Shown here piece by piece: positions 28,782 through 38,363 of a stretch of DNA of 64,000 bases (the first letter of the stretch is position 1; each line of letters starts with the position of its first letter). The DNA lies in the IMG/VR virus record IMGVR_UViG_3300012953_000023, one strand, 5' to 3'. Below the pieces are notes generated by a model that worked only from the letters and a program-made list of their open reading frames with translations, made no database searches and was not told the DNA's origin. The translations under genes and the position numbers were made by a program. The DNA comes from an uncultured virus (IMG/VR IMGVR_UViG_3300012953_000023) (taxonomy: Duplodnaviria > Heunggongvirae > Uroviricota > Caudoviricetes).

Positions 28782-29221
28782 ATTTTTTTAAATGTTCTCA
28801 CTATTTTACTTAAAATCATTTTTATAGCTGTAAAATACGCCCAACCATAACCATAAAATATATGGAATGTATGATTTTTTTCTATTGCAGATTTAGGGCC
28901 AAATTTCTTTGTCCAATTATCTACATATTCTCCTTTATATCTTAATACTGCGTGTGATGTTTTCCATTTACTAGGTCCTACACAACAAATACCAGCTTGG
29001 TGTGTTATTAACATCCACCACATTTTAATATGGCTTTCACCACATAATCGATATAATATAGAAAGTGAATAATCCTCGCAATCGCCTACGTATTTACCTT
29101 CTGCATCTGCAGAATATATTATTTTCCATGCATCGGCCATGCCGTATTGCTCTTTATCTTTTCTGTATTTCCATTTGCTATTAAATGAAGATACAATTTT
29201 ATTTCTAGCCTTTTTATCCAT
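28778..29221 (-). CDS. Transglutaminase-like cysteine protease
   Basis: GDCEDY, HAVL, DN catalytic triad pattern. Confidence 0.7.
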   Translation of the reverse strand: MDKKARNKIVSSFNSKWKYRKDKEQYGMADAWKIIYSADAEGKYVGDCEDYSLSILYRLCGESHIKMWWMLITHQAGICCVGPSKWKTSHAVLRYKGEYVDNWTKKFGPKSAIEKNHTFHIFYGYGWAYFTAIKMILSKIVRTFKKI

Positions 29222-29659
29222 TTATCCGCCAAATTCGTGGCCAGCAACTCTTTTCATTTGTTTTACAAACTCTTTATAGTCTGGCTTATTTTTATAAAGT
29301 TTAATTGTAACCTCAGGTCTATCTTTTCCTTTGATTCTCCAATTATATCCTTTATCCTTGTGTTCAGGTTTAGAAGTTGCAACAACTCTTCTTTTAAATC
29401 CAGCTTCCCAAGATTCACCTTTATTCTTACCTTCAGTGGCAACTAATTTCCATCCTTGCCTTTTCATCTTATCTGCTGTCTTACCATCAACTTTTCTAGT
29501 ATATCTACCTTTTTTGACAGTATATTTTTCTGCGCCTTCTTCTACTTCTTCTGGTACACAGTTTGGAACTTCTTTACCATTCTTAGTTTTAGTTCCTACT
29601 TGCTTATATCCTGGCCAGCATGGACCTTTGTTTTCATAAAATTCTTTAAAATCTATCAT
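29222..29659 (-). CDS. Putative internal virion protein
   Basis: MIDFKEFYE leader; CWPGY...VPNCVP module. Confidence 0.7.
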   Translation of the reverse strand: MIDFKEFYENKGPCWPGYKQVGTKTKNGKEVPNCVPEEVEEGAEKYTVKKGRYTRKVDGKTADKMKRQGWKLVATEGKNKGESWEAGFKRRVVATSKPEHKDKGYNWRIKGKDRPEVTIKLYKNKPDYKEFVKQMKRVAGHEFGG

Positions 29660-29904
29660 TATTTTCGTACTCCTTTTTCTAAATCATATAGAAAAGCTTT
29701 GTTTCTAGCTTGGCCCTTTGTGGTAACTTTTAATCCTACTAATCTACCAACGTTATTTACCAGTTCGGTGTTACCCTTTCTTAAATCTTTTTCTAATTTA
29801 GATTGAACATCTTTAAGCACAACTTTAATAATATTTGGTATATCCATTACTAATGGTGCTCTTTCGTCAACATTGTGTTTTCTAAATTCTTGGAAAGATT
29901 TCAT
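29659..29904 (-). CDS. Putative internal virion protein
   Basis: MKSFQEFRKHNVDE leader. Confidence 0.7.
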   Translation of the reverse strand: MKSFQEFRKHNVDERAPLVMDIPNIIKVVLKDVQSKLEKDLRKGNTELVNNVGRLVGLKVTTKGQARNKAFLYDLEKGVRK

Positions 29905-30377
29905 TTTAGTCTATCTATTTCCTTTTTGATTTTTTTATATTCTGGGCCGCCGTGCTTAACGTCCATTAATTTATTATATAGATCTACTACTTTTTCCATA
30001 TCTTTAGCTTTAACTTCATTAACTTCTTCATCAAACATTCCAGAATCTTTCATCATTTTTAAAGCATCTTTTTTTGCTTTTTCTGCATTTGATTTTGAAA
30101 TCTTTTCAACTGCCTTTTTAATCATAGCTAAACGCTTCTTTTTATCTGCATCTGATAAAGCTTCAAAAGTTAATTCTTCTTTTTGAACATCTTCGTTAGC
30201 TAACCTTAAAGCATCTTTAACCATAGGATCATTTGCTAATCCCTTTTTCATATTTTCGATTTTTTTATGAGCACCTGTCATATTTCCACCCATATCTAAT
30301 GCTATTTTCACAGCAGCAGATACTAAAGATGATGGAAATTTACCTCTATACTTTTCTCTTAATTCTTTAAATTTCAT
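29901..30377 (-). CDS. Putative internal virion protein
   Basis: MKFKELRE leader; internal xxE linkers. Confidence 0.7.
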   Translation of the reverse strand: MKFKELREKYRGKFPSSLVSAAVKIALDMGGNMTGAHKKIENMKKGLANDPMVKDALRLANEDVQKEELTFEALSDADKKKRLAMIKKAVEKISKSNAEKAKKDALKMMKDSGMFDEEVNEVKAKDMEKVVDLYNKLMDVKHGGPEYKKIKKEIDRLK

Positions 30378-30382
30378 TTTTT

Positions 30383-31708
30383 TTATCCTTTTACCTTAGC
30401 GGCTAAATCTTTGTCAGCTTTACCCCATGTACCGCTTGACTTAGTTACAAATGAATTAACTCTTGCTAATCCCCATTGAATTGGTGTAGTGCCTGGTCTG
30501 TGTCCAGTTCTCCATGCAGCTACTCCTCTATCAAAAACTTTCTTTAATATACCATAAGGCATTCCACTTTTATCAGCTTTCTTTTGAATAGCCTTTTTAG
30601 CTCCGCCTTTATCCTCTACTACATAATCTTCAAATGTAAAACTTTCACCGTACATTTGCTTATATTTTTTAGTATGTTTAGATGTTTTAGTTTTAGCTGT
30701 CGCATCACCAGGAGCTGGTTTATAAGCTGCTGGGTTGTCGTCATCCATTTTTGATTGTTTCTTAAATTGTGCTGCTCTTTTATCTTGTGTAGATTTTGCT
30801 AAACCTTTATGATATTTCTTAGGTCTCTTCTTTTTATCTTCGTTTTGGCCAGGTGTATCTTTTTTATATTTTTTAGTTAATTCATCAGTTCCATCACAAC
30901 CTGCCATTGTTTCTACAGATTCTAACCAAACTCTTTTTCTAAAATCACCAAAATTAACTAATAGATAGTTACTACCTTTATGTTGAATTGTTCCAACCTC
31001 TCCAGATTCTTTTAATTTAACTGCTTCGCCTTCGTTAAATAGATTTCCTTCAATATATTCTTCCCTTGTTTCTGAAAGCTTTGGTAATTCAACATGTGGC
31101 CTTACTGATTCTTTCTTTAATCCCATTCCTTTACGAACAGCATAATATAATTCAGTTCCATCTCCTGGAACACCAGATGAAAATGCTCTCAAGTCTCCAG
31201 CAGCTGCAGCTGTTCTCATTTTAGATGAAGACATTCCTGATATTCCTTCAGCATCTGGATCTCTTTCTCCAGCTGAAACAACTTTAATTGCACCTTCAAA
31301 TTGATAAAAGCCATGTTTTGCCTTTACTCCATTATACTTATTTAATAGAATATCAAATTCTTTGATCCTATCAGATCCTGCAACCATTGTTACTTTTGTA
31401 AAACCTTGATCATACAATTTAGTAGCAATATCCATAACATGACGAACATCGCTGTCAGCCATTATATTTCTTGCATGTTTTGGGAATATTTTACGTAGGA
31501 ATTTTATTTTATCTTTAAATTGTAATGGATTCTTTTTAGCGTCTTGTGATTTAGATGCATAAATTCTATACGCACCGCCACGAGCTATTTTCTTAAGAGT
31601 AGTAAATAACTTTTCGTGCCCTGTCGTCGGAGGGTTAAACCTGCCAAAAACAAATGTTATTTCTTTGGTTTCCTCGACCAAATAGTCGGAGAATCTTTTA
31701 ATTTCCAT
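30383..31708 (-). CDS. HxGH nucleotidyltransferase (cytidylyl/NMNAT-like) with extra C-terminal modules
   Basis: FGRFNPPTTGH, GSDR, MSSSKMR; C-terminal RG.AAW..GHRPG..WG.ARVNSF domain. Confidence 0.8.
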   Translation of the reverse strand: MEIKRFSDYLVEETKEITFVFGRFNPPTTGHEKLFTTLKKIARGGAYRIYASKSQDAKKNPLQFKDKIKFLRKIFPKHARNIMADSDVRHVMDIATKLYDQGFTKVTMVAGSDRIKEFDILLNKYNGVKAKHGFYQFEGAIKVVSAGERDPDAEGISGMSSSKMRTAAAAGDLRAFSSGVPGDGTELYYAVRKGMGLKKESVRPHVELPKLSETREEYIEGNLFNEGEAVKLKESGEVGTIQHKGSNYLLVNFGDFRKRVWLESVETMAGCDGTDELTKKYKKDTPGQNEDKKKRPKKYHKGLAKSTQDKRAAQFKKQSKMDDDNPAAYKPAPGDATAKTKTSKHTKKYKQMYGESFTFEDYVVEDKGGAKKAIQKKADKSGMPYGILKKVFDRGVAAWRTGHRPGTTPIQWGLARVNSFVTKSSGTWGKADKDLAAKVKG

Positions 31709-31723
31709 TATCCTCGGTTCCCA

Positions 31724-32959
31724 TTAGTTAGGATTATCCCAACCTTTTATAATATCTTTGCTGAAATTATTAGTAGAAAATTCTAATCGGTCTACTAACT
31801 TAACAGCACCACCTTCCATACGATCTATAGCAACAAAACCTTCAGGGTTGGTTACTTTAAATCCGGATGTTGTTTTTACAAACGTCCCAATCTTTGATAG
31901 TTTGTTTAGTTTATTTATAAGAATTAATTTACTATCAATCACTAAATTCTGTAAATCGAATATCATTTGTAAGTTTTTTAAATTACTTTTATTGAAAAAT
32001 TTTAATAGTTCGTCTCTTTTTGATATTTGTATATCTTTGCCAGCTTTTGATGATCTTTTATCTATTTCTTTTGCATATCTGTCATTAACAAACATGATTA
32101 ATCCAGTAGCATGTTTTTTGGTATTTTTAATTCTTTGTCCCTGCCTTACCATTCTATTATTGTAAATATTAACAATAAGGTTTAATTCTTTATTAGACTC
32201 TAATTCTGCTAATGTATTACTCTGTATAGTTCTAAATATTTTACCAGCTGATGATAACTTCTGTGATAATAATAAAGTTTCTTTAGCGGTAAGTGTAGCC
32301 GTTCCAGATAAGTCTGGTAATGTAGCATCAACCATCCATACATCTTTTGTTTTTCTTAATTTTGGTACTATTTCTTTGCCAAACTCTGCTGTCATTGTTT
32401 CAAACGTTGCTCCAGAATATGTTGTATGCCAGACAACTCCAATCTTAGCTGATCCAATCTCTTTAGCAAGAGGATTATCAATAGGTACTGCATAAGCAAT
32501 AGTGTTAGGATGAAACACCAAATGAGTAATTCCATTTATTTTTTCCTTCTTTAAATCTGAGTTATCAAACATAAAATCACCTTGTATAACATCTTTAATG
32601 CCAAGATCTTTTAAATTATCAAACGCTAACTTTAACTTTTTGTTAAGGTCTCCTGAGGTATCTGCATCAATATCTGCATGATTTTTATACACTTTAGGGT
32701 TTTTTGCAAAGATTCCTTTTTTGGCTACAAAGAACTGGCCATCACTAGGATCTAATCCTGCAAATACAGCGGGGGCCCCGTCCCACTTTACGGTAATGTC
32801 CACAGGTGCTTTTGCATTACCAGATAACATATCCCTCAAAGATCTAAGCGCTAGGATAGCTTGGCGGGCCCCCTTGACTCCTCCATCAAGGATTAAATCC
32901 TCTATGTGTGTCATGTGAGTGTTTTTAGATTCGGATAAGTATGTTGTTAATTTTTTCAT
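31724..32959 (-). CDS. ATP-dependent ligase-fold nucleotidyltransferase (DUF6267-like)
   Basis: Motif I KWDG, QGDFMF, motif IV EGFV, motif V VKLV. Confidence 0.7.
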   Translation of the reverse strand: MKKLTTYLSESKNTHMTHIEDLILDGGVKGARQAILALRSLRDMLSGNAKAPVDITVKWDGAPAVFAGLDPSDGQFFVAKKGIFAKNPKVYKNHADIDADTSGDLNKKLKLAFDNLKDLGIKDVIQGDFMFDNSDLKKEKINGITHLVFHPNTIAYAVPIDNPLAKEIGSAKIGVVWHTTYSGATFETMTAEFGKEIVPKLRKTKDVWMVDATLPDLSGTATLTAKETLLLSQKLSSAGKIFRTIQSNTLAELESNKELNLIVNIYNNRMVRQGQRIKNTKKHATGLIMFVNDRYAKEIDKRSSKAGKDIQISKRDELLKFFNKSNLKNLQMIFDLQNLVIDSKLILINKLNKLSKIGTFVKTTSGFKVTNPEGFVAIDRMEGGAVKLVDRLEFSTNNFSKDIIKGWDNPN

Positions 32960-34347
32960 TATTTTCCTGCCTTTACATATACGGCTGATTCACTACCTTT
33001 AGAACCAGCATAGTTAACGAAATGTGTTACTAAAGCATTAGCTGTTTGTCCACCAGCTTTATCGATATAATAAGCAACATATGTACAAGCTAATTTAGCT
33101 GAAATCCAAGTCCAATCTTTTTTAGAAAGTTCTTCTTTAAATTCGTCATATGAAGTATTCTTATAGAAATGATTAAATAAAGTATAGTAAGCTTTAGTTT
33201 CTCTAACCTTGCCAGCTTCTATACTTTTAGCCATTTTTTTAATACCAGATGCATGGTCTGGTAATTTTTTCCTAGTTTCTCTTTGAACATAATCCTGCAT
33301 TGGTCCCCATGAAATACCACCGCCTCTGGCATTCTTACCTTTAATCTCAGCTTTTATAGTTCCGCCTGGTGTTCCATCCTTTAATATCATTGAACCATCG
33401 TCATATACAAGCTCTGCAGATTTAGATGACCAATAGGTAGCTGAGCCTCTGTCAGCTTCTAGTTTAAATCCGTTATATTTGTGCATATCAACATCGGGTG
33501 GAACTTGATTATTAAATTCTTTTATTGGTGGTGGGAATTTTATTTCTGGACCTTTAAGAGATATTCCAACTAATCTACGATTGTTAAAATGTTCTAATAA
33601 AGATTTATTATATGAGGTAATATTTGATGTTTTTAGTTCTTTTAATGAGAATGAATTATCTATTGCCCATATATCTCCTGGATTCCATTTATCATCTTTA
33701 AGTGGTTTGAATCCAGTGTTTTTAAATGCTATATCTTTACCAGCATAAATGTCCGCCATTCCTCTGGTTCCTCGATATAGTTTCATTCCTTTTTTTACAT
33801 AACCTTTTTGTATTAATAGTTTACTAATATTGTATGATGATGTAAACCATGGACCTTCTAGTTTAAGCATATTATCTAAACTTTCATCAACATCAATTCC
33901 TTTGGCCGCGCCTTTTAAAATATCAAGTGTAAAAAAGCTTTCATCATGATTATAACCATGCAATAACATTGCTGATAACATTAAACAATTATGGGATTCG
34001 GTTAATTTAGTATTTGCTGTTCCGCCACCAGCACCACCACCTGCTCCGCCAAATACTTTTGCTTTACCTATTTGAGTGTTTTTATAGGTTTTGCCATCAG
34101 TTCCATTTAAGAAGAATCCAACCTTATAGCCAGCTTTGACATATGCATCAATTATTTTAATAGCTTCTTCAGGGTCGGCAACTTTAAATGAACCTCCTTT
34201 TGCAAGTTCTATAGGTTTACCATCTTGAATTAATCTTTTTAATATTTCTGTTCTAATAACACCAGTATTGCCATTAGGCTTTTCCCATTCGGGATTTCCC
34301 ATAGGAACTAGTTTTTCATAAATTTCATGAGATTTAAATTTAAGCAT
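32959..34347 (-). CDS. Putative PD-(D/E)xK restriction-like nuclease
   Basis: TES, KWNPGDIW, GISLK. Confidence 0.6.
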   Translation of the reverse strand: MLKFKSHEIYEKLVPMGNPEWEKPNGNTGVIRTEILKRLIQDGKPIELAKGGSFKVADPEEAIKIIDAYVKAGYKVGFFLNGTDGKTYKNTQIGKAKVFGGAGGGAGGGTANTKLTESHNCLMLSAMLLHGYNHDESFFTLDILKGAAKGIDVDESLDNMLKLEGPWFTSSYNISKLLIQKGYVKKGMKLYRGTRGMADIYAGKDIAFKNTGFKPLKDDKWNPGDIWAIDNSFSLKELKTSNITSYNKSLLEHFNNRRLVGISLKGPEIKFPPPIKEFNNQVPPDVDMHKYNGFKLEADRGSATYWSSKSAELVYDDGSMILKDGTPGGTIKAEIKGKNARGGGISWGPMQDYVQRETRKKLPDHASGIKKMAKSIEAGKVRETKAYYTLFNHFYKNTSYDEFKEELSKKDWTWISAKLACTYVAYYIDKAGGQTANALVTHFVNYAGSKGSESAVYVKAGK

Positions 34348-34366
34348 ATGCCCTCCTCGTTATATC

Positions 34367-34374
34367 TATTTATA
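34367..34374 (-). promoter_or_regulatory. Late promoter TATAAATA
   Basis: Exact consensus, intergenic, followed by SD GAGGAGG. Confidence 0.78.
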
Positions 34375-34379
34375 AAGAT

Positions 34380-34553
34380 TTAAGCATCAAAAAAGGGATT
34401 TGGTAAAATATTTCCTTCGTCGTCAAACCTTATAATTTTTTGTTCGTGCAAGATACTCAACATTTTTTCAGTTCCAACTCTTAACCCTGTATGGTAAGCA
34501 GTATAAGAACTACCAGCTATACAAATAGCTGTTATGATTATCATTTCAATCAT
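34380..34553 (-). CDS. Small membrane-anchored protein, 57 aa (not in track)
   Basis: Hand translation MIEMIIITAICIAGSSY...NPFFDA. Confidence 0.6.
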   Translation of the reverse strand: MIEMIIITAICIAGSSYTAYHTGLRVGTEKMLSILHEQKIIRFDDEGNILPNPFFDA

Positions 34554-34701
34554 CAAGTACTACTCGGTGCATTTCTGAATGATAACCTTTTGCAGTCATC
34601 TGTGAATGAAATTTTATAGCTTCTTTCATTGATTCAAATAAATATTCAGCTACTAAAACCTCTCTATCTTCGTCCGTTACTATAACTCTCCAGCTTTCCA
34701 T
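34546..34701 (-). CDS. Small hypothetical protein, 51 aa (not in track)
   Basis: Hand translation MESWRVIVTDEDRE...; coupled start/stop. Confidence 0.6.
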   Translation of the reverse strand: MESWRVIVTDEDREVLVAEYLFESMKEAIKFHSQMTAKGYHSEMHRVVLDD

Positions 34702-34937
34702 TATCCAGTCCTCATATATTTTTCAACAGGTTTTAACTCAATAAACTTTCTACGAGACTTTGAAAATTGTTTCATAGGAGATTTAAATTGAGTATACCTT
34801 TTAGTTCCAGTGGTTTTATAGCCAACACAATGTCCTTGGCCATTTATAATGTAAGTATGATTAGGAACTTTATATCCTACATTATCCCAATTAGTTATTT
34901 CTTTAAGAGCTTTAAGATCTTTCGTGTATGTAGACAT
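34701..34937 (-). CDS. Hypothetical early protein
   Basis: EITNW...PNHTYI...F.KSRRKF. Confidence 0.72.
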   Translation of the reverse strand: MSTYTKDLKALKEITNWDNVGYKVPNHTYIINGQGHCVGYKTTGTKRYTQFKSPMKQFSKSRRKFIELKPVEKYMRTG

Positions 34938-35229
34938 CTATTCTCTCCGCATATTTTAGAGGTAATTCTCTATCGTATCCTCTAAATCCTTTTCCATCTA
35001 AAATGGATTGTCTTGTTCTAGGTCCTCTACCATGTAGAGTAACTCTATATCTTGGTAGCTTTTGAGGTGGGTTTTTACTATAACCATGCTCAAATCTATA
35101 TTCAATCATTTTTTCTTTTCGTTTATTGATTTTATTAATAGAGATTACTGATTTTCTAATTGTTTCTATTTCTAACATATCACCAGCACATTCAGTATGT
35201 GCAGTCATTACATAAGCATCTGTTCTCAT
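34912..35229 (-). CDS. Hypothetical early protein (start MRTDAY)
   Basis: RYRV..HGRGPR; ATG 1 nt after upstream stop. Confidence 0.72.
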   Translation of the reverse strand: MRTDAYVMTAHTECAGDMLEIETIRKSVISINKINKRKEKMIEYRFEHGYSKNPPQKLPRYRVTLHGRGPRTRQSILDGKGFRGYDRELPLKYAERIDVYIHERS

Positions 35230-35230
35230 A

Positions 35231-35386
35231 TTAATACCCCGACGTTGTGCATGAATATTCTGTTGAACAATTAACTGTTCCACATACGCATTCGTTTCTT
35301 TCTAGCCTTGCTTTTTCTGCAAGTTCCTCTTGGATAGTCGGTGCTCCGACCATATCTCTGATTTGATCTTCAGTATATTTATCCAT
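35231..35386 (-). CDS. Small Cys-rich early protein, 51 aa (not in track)
   Basis: Promoter and SD AAGGAG; MDKYTEDQ...CVCGTVNCSTEYSCTTSGY. Confidence 0.7.
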   Translation of the reverse strand: MDKYTEDQIRDMVGAPTIQEELAEKARLERNECVCGTVNCSTEYSCTTSGY

Positions 35387-35414
35387 TTTCACTCCTTTTT
35401 TTATTATTATAGTT

Positions 35415-35443
35415 ATTATACCACATGTTTAAGAATTTGTACA
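35415..35443 (-). promoter_or_regulatory. Early-type promoter TGTACA-N17-TATAAT
   Basis: Recurrent motif. Confidence 0.8.
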
Positions 35444-35455
35444 GTGTTTTCTGCA

Positions 35456-35596
35456 TTAAACCCTATTATCAATTTGATCGACTAAACTGTGGATTTTGTC
35501 GACTGCTTGTTCTTGTAATTCCATTTTTTCTTCTAGAGCGTCAATCTTTTTGATTAACGCATCCAGTTTAGCAATTACTACTTCAATTCTTGCCAT
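35456..35596 (-). CDS. Small coiled-coil protein, 46 aa (not in track)
   Basis: Hand translation MARIEVVIAKLDALIKKID...; SD GGAG. Confidence 0.65.
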   Translation of the reverse strand: MARIEVVIAKLDALIKKIDALEEKMELQEQAVDKIHSLVDQIDNRV

Positions 35597-35937
35597 TATA
35601 ATACTCCTGTCCATCTGACGCTATCTTGCCAGCCATCTTTAAAAATGTTTCCTCTAGCAAAGTTTTTAGCTGGAGCTTTCCAGGATTTAGCCATTAGTAA
35701 ATCGCCAGGTTGAAATGCTTCACCCGTTTTATTGTCTGTACCCTTTGGTGGGTTTAAAACGATAAATCCATTACAGCTTCCTTCTCTAAGAAATCTGATA
35801 AAGTTTCTGTTAACTTCTATTTCGACCTTTGGTCCTTCTAGGCTTTCAGCATTAGATCTGATTCTCCAAGCTTTGAAGTCATTCTCCATTTGCTTAGCTA
35901 CTAATTCTGCCTGTTTAATTATTTTTGCCTTATCCAT
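35596..35937 (-). CDS. Hypothetical early protein
   Basis: GDLLMA.SWKAPAKNFARGNI. Confidence 0.75.
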   Translation of the reverse strand: MDKAKIIKQAELVAKQMENDFKAWRIRSNAESLEGPKVEIEVNRNFIRFLREGSCNGFIVLNPPKGTDNKTGEAFQPGDLLMAKSWKAPAKNFARGNIFKDGWQDSVRWTGVL

Positions 35938-35968
35938 AAATTCACTCCTTTTATTAATTTATATAGAT

Positions 35969-35997
35969 ATTGTAACAGGTATTGAGGCAAATGTACA
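35969..35997 (-). promoter_or_regulatory. Early-type promoter TGTACA-N17-TACAAT
   Basis: Recurrent motif. Confidence 0.8.
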
Positions 35998-36047
35998 GTG
36001 TTTTCTGCAAAAAACTTGCAGAAAGTTAGCCTATGTATCACTCTGAC

Positions 36048-36124
<77 letters not shown>

Positions 36125-36128
36125 ATTG

Positions 36129-36788
36129 TCAGACTACATCGTCTAGTGGGAAAATGTTATAGATAACATCTCCTACCGCTTTTGCGATTTCAATATGCTC
36201 CTTTTGAGTTCCGTTTTCAGACCGTAATTGTATGTAATGGATCCAAGATCTTAGAGTACCATTTACATACATTCTTGACATTGTTAATCCTTCGGGTAAT
36301 ACAGCTCTTGCTTGTTCTTTTGCTATACCAGCATTTACAGCCCATTCATAAGCTTGTCTACACCGTTCGATTACAACTTCTTGATAAGCTTCCCATACGT
36401 AATTTATGGAATCTTCTAATGGTAAATCAATACTATTCTGTCTGTTCTTATTATCTTGTAATCTAGCTTCTCTTGTAGTGAATGACATATCCTGAGTTGG
36501 ATCTGCATACCTTTGTGAGAATTCTTGAAAAGAAAAAGATCTGTGTCTTAATATTTGTCTACCGATATCTCTTGTAGTTTCTATTTCTAAACATGCACTT
36601 ACCATTTCCAATGGAGACCAGTGCTTGTGTTTAATTAGATATTGTACTAGCTTCTCAGCCGTTTTCTCATTGTTTTGATTGCCAGGATTAGATACCCTTG
36701 CACAATAAGCGACCAGTTGGAGGAGGTCGTCGCTTAACTCTGTCTCCTCCGCTGGTCGACTATATGATATAAGTTTCACATTAAACAT
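36129..36788 (-). CDS. thyX: Flavin-dependent thymidylate synthase
   Basis: RHRSFSFQEFSQRY, EQARAVLP. Confidence 0.96.
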   Translation of the reverse strand: MFNVKLISYSRPAEETELSDDLLQLVAYCARVSNPGNQNNEKTAEKLVQYLIKHKHWSPLEMVSACLEIETTRDIGRQILRHRSFSFQEFSQRYADPTQDMSFTTREARLQDNKNRQNSIDLPLEDSINYVWEAYQEVVIERCRQAYEWAVNAGIAKEQARAVLPEGLTMSRMYVNGTLRSWIHYIQLRSENGTQKEHIEIAKAVGDVIYNIFPLDDVV

Positions 36789-36791
36789 ATA

Positions 36792-36971
36792 TTAGTCACT
36801 TTTTACCAAAGTGTATACACCCCATGCGAGGCCTACCCACGCGAGTAGTTTGGCAATTCCGCCAAATAAAACCACTGAACCACAGACAACAATTAGTGAA
36901 ATTCCATCCCAAGATGTTCTTTCTCCTAATCTATCCATAACCCAGTCTTTTGCGTTTAGTAACATATTCAT
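36792..36971 (-). CDS. Small membrane protein, 59 aa (not in track)
   Basis: ERTSWDG plus two hydrophobic helices; SD AGGAG. Confidence 0.7.
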   Translation of the reverse strand: MNMLLNAKDWVMDRLGERTSWDGISLIVVCGSVVLFGGIAKLLAWVGLAWGVYTLVKSD

Positions 36972-36983
36972 ATATTTTCTCCT

Positions 36984-38363
36984 TTATACTTTAAAGTCTG
37001 CATATTGATCAGGTTTATCCCGATCACCAAACTTATTTATTGGTTTGTCGGGTATCATATCAGACATAATATCTGACTGAGCCGACTCTTCTACATCATA
37101 TAATTTCATGCGGGAACGATCGATACCAATAACAAATCGTTTAAATTTGGTAGGATCGTTATAACGATTTTTCAATTGTTTTACCATTATTTGACCTAGC
37201 TCATCAAGTTCCTCTGTTGATATTAAAGCGAACATTAAATCAGCTGTCGCTGGTAAACCAAATGATTCCGAAGTGTCCTCCAATCCAACATCAGTATTAC
37301 TGAAGCCAGACCTAGTCGTTTGCGTTGCCGAAACGATAGGGACGTTAAATTCGACAGCAAGGCCACGAAGTTCTTCCGCTATAGCTTTGATGTACGAATA
37401 ACTATTTATGCTTCCACCCATACCTTTCATACGGCTAGATGCACAAATATTTAAATAATCCACATAGATTATATCAGGCAAGAAGTTCTTTTTAAGCTTT
37501 AATTCGTTTAATAAAGCTCTGAAGTGCCCGACATGGGCAGCACCCGTTGGGTACTCTTTAACAATAAGTTTTCCGATTGTGCCTGTAGCAATCTTTTGAA
37601 TCTTATTATCAAATACATTTTTAGGTAATGTCTCTAATTGCTGTATCGGTAAATCCATAAGATTAGCATCGATACGTTCAGCAATTCTTTCTTCAGCCAT
37701 TTCCATAGTAACATATAAAACATTTTTGCCTTGCTCGAGAACTGATGCAGCACAGTGACACATGAATAAAGATTTACCTACACCAGTACCTGCAAGAGCA
37801 ATATTTAATGTTTTGTTTGGCAGTCCGCCTTTTGTAATTTTATTAAAGTAATCTAAATCAAATGGTATACGATTTTCAGTGCGATTATAAAAATCAAAAC
37901 GATCATCAGAATTATCAATATAATCATGCCCTACAGCTTGATCAAACGAAACTCCTAAGGCAGTAGATAATATTTCAGGTATTGCACCTTCAGTTTTTTC
38001 TTTATCTTTTCCATCAATGATTTGAATGGATTCCATAATAGCATTATATACTGCACGATCTCTACACCATTTTTCAGATTCTTTAATTAGGTAATCAGTA
38101 TCGACATCAGATTTAGATTTTATCTCATTGATAAGATTTGTTGCATTTAGCATAACCTCATCTGGTGCTGAGATTTTTCCTAATTCTAACTCTAGTACTT
38201 TCCCTGTTGGAAGCTTATTATGTCTAGCAACAAATTGAGTTACTAAATCAAAAATAATTTTGTGTGTTCCTTCAAAATAATCTTTTCTTAGATAGGGTAC
38301 TACTCTTCGGCAGTATTCTTCATTATGTATTAGATGATTTAGGATGTGTGTCTGCAGTTCCAA
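36984..38363 (-). CDS. 41: Replicative helicase gp41
   Basis: AGTGVGKS, VDYLNIC, TQTTR, KNRY. Confidence 0.96.
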   Translation of the reverse strand: MELQTHILNHLIHNEEYCRRVVPYLRKDYFEGTHKIIFDLVTQFVARHNKLPTGKVLELELGKISAPDEVMLNATNLINEIKSKSDVDTDYLIKESEKWCRDRAVYNAIMESIQIIDGKDKEKTEGAIPEILSTALGVSFDQAVGHDYIDNSDDRFDFYNRTENRIPFDLDYFNKITKGGLPNKTLNIALAGTGVGKSLFMCHCAASVLEQGKNVLYVTMEMAEERIAERIDANLMDLPIQQLETLPKNVFDNKIQKIATGTIGKLIVKEYPTGAAHVGHFRALLNELKLKKNFLPDIIYVDYLNICASSRMKGMGGSINSYSYIKAIAEELRGLAVEFNVPIVSATQTTRSGFSNTDVGLEDTSESFGLPATADLMFALISTEELDELGQIMVKQLKNRYNDPTKFKRFVIGIDRSRMKLYDVEESAQSDIMSDMIPDKPINKFGDRDKPDQYADFKV

